From assembly GCA_012517435.1 (NCBI GenBank), contig JAAYUY010000076.1:1609-65608 (forward strand): a stretch of DNA of 64,000 nucleotides, written 5' to 3'. How positions within the stretch are numbered: position 1 is the stretch's first letter; every line of letters begins with the position of its first letter. The translations under genes and the position numbers were made by a program. Origin of the DNA: Sphingobacteriales bacterium. Lineage in GTDB: Bacteria > Bacteroidota > Bacteroidia > CAILMK01 > JAAYUY01. Below the pieces are notes generated by a model. It did not search any database. It saw only the letters and a program-made list of their open reading frames with translations, and was not told the DNA's origin. Positions 49,001 through 61,000 of this stretch are shown here, in pieces.

Positions 49001-52000
49001 CCGGGAGACAGGTCTTGTGAATGATAACGGGTGGCAAGCAGGATTGACCCTGATTCACTGAAAGTGCGGGAGGCAGAAATATAAATTTTATCATACCAGG
49101 AGCTTTCCGGATCATTTCCTCCCTGATTTTTAAGGTAATAGCTCATGCCAAGGGTTTCGTTATTGCTGGCACTGTCGGGGACATCTGTTCCGGTAACAAC
49201 CAGATCTGGCGGAGGAGTCAGAATGATTGAAATAGCATCACTTCTTTTCACATTGTTGTTTTCCCATGCATGCTCATATTCACTGTTGAAATAGTCCGTT
49301 TTAACAAAAATATAATAGGTCCCGAATATAGCATTGGGAATTGATACGGTTTTAGCTGCATTATACGTGCTGTTGACCAGCAACTGTCCATTATGATATA
49401 CATTTCCGAGATAATAACAATTGGCCGGATCAAAGGTGGTATCCTGTCCCAGATAAAGTGCATCGTACCAGTAATTGGTTACAGTGTTGCCGGTTCCCTT
49501 GTTCTGCACTGTCCATGAAACATTGGCATTTGTACCACTGTAAATCGTGTTTGGACGCACAATCGAAATGACCTGAAGGTCCGGAGGCGGAGTCAGTTGT
49601 ATCTGAAGGGTTGAGGAATTATAACCTTTATTATTGTTTTCATTTGACTCAGTCAGGGCAGAAAATTTATCGGTGATAAGGATAACGTAATAATTGCCCG
49701 ATAGTCCCTGCGGAATGGTGAATGTTTCCGTCTGATTATAGCTCACTCCGGATCCGAGTGAACTGAGATTGCTGACAGCTCCCAGATAAAAATCAACATT
49801 TTCATCCAGGTTGGTGTCTGATGATAAATAAGCTACATCAAACCATTCCGTGGAAAGGGTGCTGCCTGTTCCGGTATTTTTTATCTGCCACGACACATTG
49901 AAAGTCTGTCCTGAATATGCAGTCGAAGGTACCGTTACACTATTGACAATCAGGTCGGGGAGATACCTGACCGTAAATTTCTGAATATTTCCGGCAGTCT
50001 GACAGAATATACTCTTTGCCACAATCTGCCATTTATAAGTTTTGCCATATTGTAGGCTACCGTTGTAGGTGTAGGTAATCTGTGTAATGTTGGCAACCGT
50101 TGGGCTTACGGGTTTATTTTCCGTTTCAGGCCAGATATACAGATCATAACTGTTGGCTCCTGAGGCCGGAGACCATGAAAATGTTACCGGCAGGGCTACA
50201 TTCTGTGCAGTATCAACGGGCAGCATATTGCTGATGGCTCCCGGATAAGGATAATTGCTGAAATTATAGATAAAGGTATCATTTGAATGAATAGTATCTC
50301 CGCTGAGATTGGTCCAGCAAATCAGGGTATGATTTCCCTGCGTTGAAATATTCAGTACGGTATCGAATTTATATACATAGCTGCTTCCCTTTGGTATGGT
50401 AAGCGAACCAATATTCCTGACTACCACCTGCTGATTGTCGAATTTGTAATAAACATTGAAGTTGCTCTGTGACTGACCGCCAAAATTCTGGATTTTGACC
50501 CTGACGGTATCGCTTGACAGTCCGCACCCTGAAACAGGAGCTATAACAGCCGAAATCCCGACATCATGACTGACATAAGTAAACTCATCGGCTCCGATAT
50601 CAGGATAATTGGTATTACGGTTTTGATTGTCAATATCCTTTGTGATCCCTGTCACCGGAACAGCTGCACTGTCGAGTAATACCTGCGAAATGTGCAGATC
50701 GGTAGTGCTGTAAAACAAAGGATCCAATGATTTTGAATTATTATCCTGTCCGCTTGCCGACCTCCATGCTGACAAATCTGTTCGGTTTCCGCCCCAGTAA
50801 CCGAGAACAGATCCTGCAGAATAATGGTCGTTGTAATTCGAGTAAACAATAGCCGAAGTATTACTGATATAACAGGCATAACCTCCTCCGGTATTGGCAA
50901 AAATATTATTTTGCAAAACCACATTGGCATTGCCGTTTTCAACAAACAAAGCCCTGCTCCCTGTATGCGTATTACTGACGTTTATCGAATTGTAAATGAA
51001 ATCGGTATAGTCACAGAAGTTCATCACAACAGCAGAGGAAGAAGCAGTTCCTCCCAGTTGAAAGAAGTTGTTATAGATCTTCATTTTATTTGAAGAAGAA
51101 CCGTCTGCATCATACAATTGAAGGGAATAAGCTGATTTTTCAGAGCTGATTTTATTACCATAAATTTTCGGGCCATTGTTGGCTGTATTGATTGATATAG
51201 CTCCCTGGTAATTATTTACAGATGAAGAAAAGGTGTTGAAGGCTATCACCGGCTCACTTTGTCCATACAGAAAGACACCGGAAACAGACTGATTTTCAAA
51301 TATATTTCCGTAAATATAGGTTCCGCTTTCGTAAGACCCTGACAATCCGTATAGGCGAATGCCAAAACTTCCGTTATTAAATACATTGTAGCTGAATTCA
51401 TTTCCAATATCATTGTCTCCTGAAGAATATACATTGCTGAAGAAGTCGGAGGAATTAGTGGTTGAAACGCCTTCAAATCGGCAATTCCGGAACTTGTTAT
51501 AGTTGGCACCACCAAGGAGTTCAACGCCCCTTGCATAATAATTATGAATGGGCTGGAAGGTCATTTTCTTAAAGGTAACATAATCTGCACCGTTAAGCCT
51601 GAGTACATAGTTGTCTGAACTGTTGCCCTGATAGGTCAGGGTTACCAGATTGCTGTCGTTTCCTTCAGATTGAAAAGTAATCTGATTAACCGATGAACTT
51701 CCGGGAATTTGTCCGATGGATAGCTGTTCGTTGTAAACTCCTGTCCTGACATTAAACACAACCGCACCTACCACCCCGCCAAGATTCAGGATGTTGGCTG
51801 CTGCACCAAAACTAATAAAGTCAGGATTGCTGCCGCCAATGGTATAAGTCCCGCTTAAAGCTGCATAGAGATTCAGGGTTCTTGCCGTATCATTGGTATT
51901 CAGCGAGTCTCTGACACCATTCGGATTATAGGTATAGGCAACCAGGTTATAGGCAATGACTGTTTTAAATATATAATTACCAATGACTACCGTATCGTAT

Positions 52001-55000
52001 CTGCCTGGCAAAATGCTACCGCTCCAGCTCTTTGGCGTTTGAGAAATTCCATTGACCGACCATTTGATGGTTACTGTGGTAAGCGTATCGTATCCGAAAT
52101 TTTTCAATAAAACCTTCACCGGCAGGGTATCAGCAGGAAATGGAACAGCTGGATCGATAAAGCTCACAATACCAGCGTCATCGGAATAAGGTGCTTCAAA
52201 TTCATCCGCACCAATATCGGGTTTGCTGGCATGTCGTGTTTCTCCGTCAATATCCGCTGTTATGCCTGCAATTGGAGTACCTGCTTCGTTCAGCGTGATT
52301 TCACGAACATGTAAATCTGAATTTGAAACATATTGCGGATCTACTGAAATGGATGTTGCATCCAGACCAGTGGCACTTTTCCATGCTGCAAGGCTGCTGA
52401 TGTTACCGTTGTAATAAGCCAGATAATTTCCTTTTGAATAAATATTATTATATCCGGATGTAATTCCACTGGCAGTGCTGATATAATAAGCATACCCTGC
52501 TCCCCTGTTCACAATATTATTGTTTAACAAATTGATATTGTTTACACTATACAGATACAACGCCCGGCTGCCCGTTGCTGAGCCTGAAGTTATATTAATG
52601 TTGTTGAAATAAACATTGTGGTAAGACGAGTAATACAAATACAAACCTGTCGGATTAGATGTATTTCCGCCCACATAAATAAAATTGTTGTAAATATTTC
52701 CCTTGTAAGTTGATGTCCCATTGCTGTTGGATAAATAAATCCCAAAATACCCTGCCGGAACACTGATTTTATTACCCGCTATTTTGGTGGCATTCCGGCA
52801 ATCATACAGATAAACACCTATCGAATAGGAATAATAGGAAGACAGGTTGATAACATTGTTTTCAATTATCAGCCCGTCATGATAATAAGCATAAATGCCG
52901 TAATAAACAGCATTCTGAATGATGTTGCCCTTAATCTGTACTCCCGTTGAACCGGATGAACTGCTTCCAATAAGATAAACTCCGAAACTCCCATATTGAA
53001 TAACATTGTTCAGCAGGTTCAGGTGATGATTATTCCCTCCCTGAATATTAAACACACTGTAACTTGTAGAAGTAACATTACCGTTATACCCCTGAACCAC
53101 ATTGCCGGAGAATGTATTGTAAACGGCATCATTTGAAACCTGTATAACCGTACCGTAATATCCGGATGAGGCGGTTGTCCGTATGGTCATTTTTCTGAAG
53201 GTAATATAATCTGCTCCATCCAGATAAAGTGTGTAGTTATCATTATCGGTGTTCCAGCTAAGGAAAACCTGTGTACTGTCGCCAGACTCTGACTGGAATA
53301 CCACACTCCTTGACGACAAAGTTCCCGGGTATGAATTGATTTTCACCCGCTCGGTATAAATGCCGTTCCTGACATTAAAGATAACATTTCCTAAAATGCC
53401 GCCATTGTTTAAAATATTTACTGCATCGGAAAAGCTGTTAAAATCGGGTGAACTCCCGCCAATGGTGTAGGTTCCGTTCAATGCAGCATAAAGAACTGCC
53501 GATAACATTGTGTCGTTGGTATTAAAGGAGTCTGCATTTCCGTTTGGATTCACGGAATAAACTTTTATCTGGTAAGCTGTACCAATATTGAAATCAAATT
53601 TTCCGATGGTAACTGTATCTGAATTCCCGGTCAGCAGACTGCCCGACCAGTTATAGTCATTTTGACTGACTCCGTTTACTTTCCATTTGATGGTAACGGA
53701 TTTCAGCGTATCAGCGCCATAATTGGTAAGAACGACCCTCACCAGATTGGTATCAGCCGGAAATGGCACTGTCGGTGAGACAATGTCGTTGATTCCGGCA
53801 TCATCCTGAAGTGGCGGAGTAAATTCGTCAGCACCAATATCAGGGCGGGTGTTGTCGCGTGGCTCACCGTCTATGTCAACTGTAACTTCAGCTATGGGTG
53901 TTGCGGCTTTGTTTAAGGCTACCTCCTGAACATGTAAATCATTATTACTGTTGAACAAGGGATCTTTGGAAATAGAATTTGCATCTTTTCCGCTGGCTGC
54001 CTTCAGACCTGTCAGGGTGCTGATGTTTCCGTTCCAATAGGCGAGATAGGTGCCTCCTGTGTAAAAATTGTTGTAGTTGCTGGTACTGATAGTCGAAGTA
54101 CTGCTCACATAATATGCATAACCGGTTTTACAGGAAAATATATTATTTACCACATTAACATTTGAACCACCATAAATATAAAACGCATCACTTGAAGAAC
54201 TTGTATGATAAACATTAATGGAGTTGTAATAAAAATTACTGTAATAAGTATAGTAATTATACATTCCATAACCATAGGTATAAGTTCCGTTTATCGCAAT
54301 AAAATTGTTGGCAATCAGATTATACTCATTGGAGTTCCCCTGAACATTATATAAATACAATCCAAAGCCATCATTCTGGATGATTCTGTTGCCGGTAATA
54401 ACCGTCCGGTTGTAGCAATAATCAAGCTCTATACTCTCCATGTAATTATACGTTGAAGCCTGAAGGTTAATATAATTGTCTTTAATCACCAGATAACTCT
54501 GATTATATGCATAAATAGCGATATAACTGATGGAGTCAATTACATTCTTTTCAATTAAAGTGTTTTGCTGGTATCCTGAAGGTCCATATAGCCAAATTGC
54601 TGAAGCACCTTTCCGGATTACATTACCTGAAATGGTCAGATTATTTACGATCTGATAATTGTTGAATATCAGGAAATTATCGGATGATGTACTGCTATAA
54701 TTCGAACCGATAATAAGATTGTTTTTTAAAGAACAGTTCAAAGCATTGTTTGTAAGTTCGATTACCCTGCCATAAGAGCCATTTAATGCCTTGAGGGTCA
54801 TGTACCTGAATGTCAGATAATCGGCTCCGTTAAACCTGATCGTATAATTATTTGAAGAATTAGAGGAATACTGAAGTACGACTTTGGTACTATCCAGACT
54901 TTCCGACTGAAAAATGATAGTATTACTTGCTGAAGTCCCAGTAATTTCCGTAATATCGAGCTGTTCGGTATAAACTCCGTTTCTGACATTAAACACGACA

Positions 55001-58000
55001 TTGCCCAGTATTCCCCCCAGTTTCAGGGAATTGACTGCGCTCGTAAATGACGTAAAATCAGGGTTGCTGCCTCCTATGGTATAAACCCCGGAAAGTGCAG
55101 GCGACAGGTTGGGTACAACGATTGAATCATTTATCAAATTGTTATCTGTCAATCCATTGGGTAAAGTTGTCCATGCCTGTATCTGGTAAGTTGTCCCAAG
55201 ACTGAAAATAGCGTTTCCGATAATAACATAAACAGTGTCAGCACTTTTCAGACTTCCTGACCAGTAATATGGTGTTTGGGTTACTCCATTGATTTTCCAG
55301 TTGATGGTTACGCTTTTCAGGGTATCACTTCCATAATTCCTTAACCTGACCGTTACGGCATAGGTATCTGCCACAAAAGGTTTGACCGGATTGAGTAAGG
55401 CAACAAGGCCGGCATCATTTGAAGGAGGAGTAAATTCATCGGCTCCGATATCGGGAGTTACACTGTTTCTTGTCTCATTGTCAATATCTTTGGTTATTCC
55501 ACTGACCGGGCTGGCGGCTGCATTCAGGGTAATTTCTGAAACATGAAGATCTGTACTGGAATAAAATAACGGATCTATCGAAACAGAATGGTTGTCATAA
55601 CCTGAGGAAGAATTCCACGATGCCAGATCTGTTTTACTGTTCCCTCCCCAATATGCAAGATATTGCCCTTTGGCATACAGATTATTGTAATCAGAATATA
55701 CGAGTGAGTAATTAGAGTAGGCATAAATGGCATAGCCATCACCTTTATTGCATAGAATATTGTTCTTTAGTCTGTTGTTGCCGCCATAATATAATCCAAT
55801 ACAATATCCACTTGAGTTGCTTGTATTTGTAATGTTTATATTGTTGTAGTAAAAATTAACGTAATAACTACCATAGCAATAAATTCCTCTGCCACTCGAA
55901 CTACCTGTGATGGAAATAAAGTTGTTGTAGATACTAACCGGAATTGCATTAGTCCCCTCGCAATAATAGAGCGTTACACCATAGCCCTGAAAGCCAATCT
56001 GAATCTTGTTTTCAGAAATCCTTACCTCCTCGTTGCAATAATATAAATACATTCCGTAGGTATAGTTTGCTGAGGAGGTAGCGATATAGTTTCCGCTTAT
56101 CTGAGGAGATGTCTGATAATACAAAAATAATCCGGCATAATACATATTGTCAAAAGTATTATTAAGGATAACAGTGCCTTTCATTCTCTCTGAATAGTTT
56201 TTTCCACTGATCAGTAAGCCAAAGCTGCCGTTTTTCAGTACATTACTGATATACTGATTATCATTACAGTTGTCGTAACTAATGTAAATCAGTGCATCGT
56301 AATCTGACGTTGAATTGATCGAAGGTCTGATGATAATATTGTTTAAAATTGAATTGTTGGAAGCGCTGTTAACCATTTTAATGACCCTGCCATAATAAGA
56401 ATTCAGGCTCTTGAGCGTCAGCTTTTTAAATGTGATAAACCTGGCACCATTAAGCAATATGACATAGTTGTAATCATAATTTGTACTGTTGTATTGAAGA
56501 ATCACCTTTGTACTGTCATAGCTGTACGACTGGAATGTGATGGTTTTCTCGGCAGAAACACCATCAATATTACCGATAACAATTTGTTCCGTATAAGTCC
56601 CGTCTTTTACTCTGAATATTACAGATCCTGAAATTCCATTCGTCATAAGGCTGTCAACAGCCTCCGTAAAACTGGCAAATGAATCCGTTGAAGATGACCC
56701 GATGGTATAAATGCCGTTTAATGGATTTTTTGCTGTCAGGCTGATGCTTAGGGTATCATTCAGTTTATTGCCATCGATGCTGTTGTTGGGATTTTTTGTC
56801 CAGATTTTTATATTATGAGTTCCCCAGCTCAGATAGGCAGTACCTATGGTTACGGCTATTGCTGTATCCCCTTCCGGTAACGAACCACTCCAGTTGTAGG
56901 CAGTTTTTGAAGTCCCGTCAATTTGCCATTCTACTGTAACTGATTTGAGTGTATCGCTTGCAAAGTTTTTTATGGAAACTTTAAATGTTCTGCTTCCCTT
57001 CTGACATGGACTGCCAGGCTCATCAAGAGCAATGATACCGGCATCCAGGTTGGGAGGGGTAAATTCATCGGCACCAATATCTGAATTTAACGTATCGCGG
57101 GCATCTCCGTCAATATCTATATCAACTTCTGCAACCGGTTGTGCCTTTCCATTGATGTTTTTACTGAATGAATGCAGGTCGGTAGCAGAAAAATATTCCG
57201 GATCTGCTGAAATACTGTTTGAATCCATTGATGTAACGGATTGCCATGCAGACAGATTTGTTATCTGTGAACTGAAAAAGCCGAGATAGCTGCCGTTGGT
57301 TTTCAGATTATTATAATCGCTTGTGAATGTATTGGCCATGGAACAGTAATAGGCATATCCACCGGCATTGTTGATGAAATTATTATTCTTCACCCGGTTG
57401 TTATAGTAAGTATAGGTGGATATATAAAATGCATAGCTGTAATTATAGTATCCGGTAATATTTACGCTATTATAAAAAACATCTGAATACTGGTTGTATG
57501 CACTGTAAATACCATAGCTGCTGTTTCCATTTGCATTGATGATTATGAAATTATTGGCAACCAGTACTCTCCGGTCTGATTGTCCTGTAGCATTATAAAT
57601 ATATATTCCATATCCTCCTGATGAGTTCCTGGCTATAATCTTATTTTTGATGATCTTTGAGGAATATCTGATAGAGTAGAGATAAATTCCGTAATAATAA
57701 TATGTTGTGTTGGTCTCAAAAGTATTTCCTTCGATAAGTATTCCGTCATGTCTTTCATTATAAATTCCAATGTAATACTGGTTTAAAAAAACATTGTTCT
57801 TAATGACCATTCCACTTTCATAATTGCTCCCGTACCAGTATAATCCCATGCTCCCATTCACAAACAGATTACCGATAAATATAAAATTGCTGTCGATCGA
57901 AGCATCCGAATATATTAACGCCCTGTCATTTGAAGTTGATGTGTTATTGCTCCCTTCAAATATGCAATTTTGGAATTGGTTGTCTGAGGAGTAATTGTCA

Positions 58001-61000
58001 ACCACTATCACCCTGCTATAGCTTGTATTCGGGTTTAAGAAAGTCATTTTATAAAAACGAAAATATTTTGCCCCTGACATTTTTATCACATAATTGTCAG
58101 TGTATGAGGATGGTGTGTAAGTAAGTTTTACTGCCGTACTGTCGTTTGCAGAAGATATGAAGGTAATGGTATTCACCGCTGAACTTCCACTTATATAGGG
58201 AATGCTTATTTGTTCCGTATAGGTCCCGGAATTGACAATAAATACCACCGGCCCGCAAATACCATAAGCAATCAGGCTATCAACCGCACTTTTAAAACCC
58301 GGAAAGCTGGCTCCGCTACCGCCAATGGTAAAGGTATCACAAAGATACGAGAACTTGACTGTAACCAATTGGGTGTCATTATTCTTATTTCCATCGGTTG
58401 TATTGTTTGGATTTTTTGTCCATGCTTTAATGGTATAGGTTCCTGTAGAAAAGGTAAAATTGCCAAGACTCAGATTGCTGACTGACTGGTTTGGAGGTAA
58501 GGTTCCACTCCAGTTATAGGTTGTTTGTGAAGTTCCGTTTATTTTCCATTCAATACTTACATTTTTAAGCGTATCTGTCCCGTGATTTTTAAGCGTAACT
58601 TTCACTGCATACTGGCCATTTTTATTTGTTCCTGAAGGGTCGGTAATGGCAATGATGCCGGCATCATTGGCTGGAGGTACAAATTCATCGGCTCCAATAT
58701 CGGGTGTCGTGGTATGACGTGTTTCATCATCAATGTCTTTGGTAACATTGGCAACAGGCAATGCTTTTCCATCCAGGGCAAGATTTGATATATGGAGGTC
58801 GGAATTGGACACAAAATCGGGAAATACTGATACAGAATGAAGATCTTTCCCTGATGATGACTGCCAGGCTGACAGGTTATTTTTGGGCGTTCCAAGATAG
58901 TTTCCCAGATTAGTTCCTGTAGTGTAATAATTATTATGATCGCTTGAATCGGGCGAGACTCCTTCAAATTGTACTGCAAAAGAACCTGTCTGATTACAGA
59001 TATTATTGTTCAACAGAATATTTCCGGTATTCGACTGCCAACTATTATAATAAAGGCCGGCTCCTGATGAATAGGTCCCTTTCAGATTGACACTGTTGTA
59101 AAATATCTGCTGATAATAACAGCTGTTAATATAAATTCCGTAAACATTATTGCTACTATTACCCAGATAAATGAAATTATTGGCAATCAAACCTTTTTTC
59201 GAACTACTTCCATTGCAGTAATAAAGAATTAAACCCATTCCTCCTCCACAGTAAGGAGCTTGAATTTTATTTGATAAAATACTTGATTCATTATCACAAC
59301 TGTATAAGTAAAAGCCATAAAAATTGGAATAATTTGTTACAGTCGAGATAAAATTTTTCTCAAAAACGGGAGAATTTTGATTGTAGGCCAAAAAACCAAT
59401 ATAATAAGGATCCTGAATAACATTAGAAATAAACCTGTTGTTATCGGGTTTTATTGAGGTTGTGGAATACAAATAGAATCCGATTGATCCGTTCAAAATA
59501 AGGTTATTGCTGAACAAATTATTTTCGCTTGACTCATTTCCTGTATCATATATATAAACAACCGTCATATTGTTACTTGTAGATGTCGTATTATAACCGG
59601 TCAGGCAACAGTTTTTAATCTGGTTATGACATGCTCCGTTGTTTAGCCAAACCACTCTTGAATAGTAGGAGGAGGTGTTTTTAATGGTAACATTTTTAAA
59701 AATGATATAGTCGGCTCCGTCAAGCATTAAAACATAATTACTGGAGGAATAGTAAGGGGCATAAGTTATGATGACGGTAGATGAATCGCCTGAAACAGAT
59801 TCAAAGGTTATGGTATTGGTAGATGAAGCCCCCATGATGGATGGTATATACACCTGTTCATTATAGGTACCGGAAGCTATTTTGAAAACCACAGGCCCGC
59901 TGACTCCGCAGCGGTTTATCAGAGCATTGACAGCCGCAGTCAGAGAAGAAAAAGAGTCTCCCGGGTTCGGGCCAATGGTATAAGTACCGTTCAAAGGAAT
60001 ACACGACTGAAATGTTATTTCCTGTGTGTCGTTTGGGGCAAATTGATCTGTCTGGGTGTTGGGGTTTTTCGTCCATGCCTTCAGGGTGTGAGTCCCAAGC
60101 GAAACAGACACATTCCCAAGTGTAATTAGCGAGGAAGTATCTCCCGATTTAAGGCTACCTGACCAGTTATAGGTTGTCCCTGAATTACCATCATATTTCC
60201 AGTCGATTTGAGCTGATTTGATGGTATCGGCACCAAAATTCCTGAATCTAACTTTAACGGCTGTATTTCCCGGGTATGCGGGTGTAACAGGCTGATCTAT
60301 TGTTAAAATTCCAACATCCACACTGTTTAAATCAAATTCATCTGCTCCGATATCAGGCAAACTGGATGAACGGTTTTCCTGATCAATATCTATCGCTACA
60401 CCGGCAAAGGGTTTTGCTTTTCCATTCAGGTTAATATCTTTCAGGTGAAGATTACTGGCACTGAAAAACTGTGGTAAAACAGACAAGCTGTGTGAGTCTT
60501 GTTTGGTCGTTGAAATCCAGCTGGTTAAGTTTATAATATTAGTTGCCCAGTAGCCCAACCTGCTGCCGGTAGTAAAAAGATTGTTGTAATCTGATGAAAT
60601 GCCGGAAGTATTGCTGCAATAGATCGAATATCCGTTTGCCTGATTTACTGAGATATTATTCCTGAATGTACAGTTTGAAAAATTGCTCCCTGAATAATAA
60701 AACCCAAAACTGTTACTGTAATTTCCGGTAATGTTGATGCTGTTATAGACAATATCCTGATACTCGCTGTAATAATGATAAATACCATAGGCATTGTTAT
60801 TTACCGAAGGAATATGAATAAAATTATTTGCTGTCAGACAATGTAAGGCAGAGTCGCCATAGCACATATCCAGAAAAATACCATACCCTCCTGAGGTTGC
60901 ATCAGGTAATAAGATACTGTTTCCTGAATTGACAAATCCCTCTGTGCAAAAATACAGGTAAATTCCATAAAACGTGACGGATGTCGATGATTCGATCAGA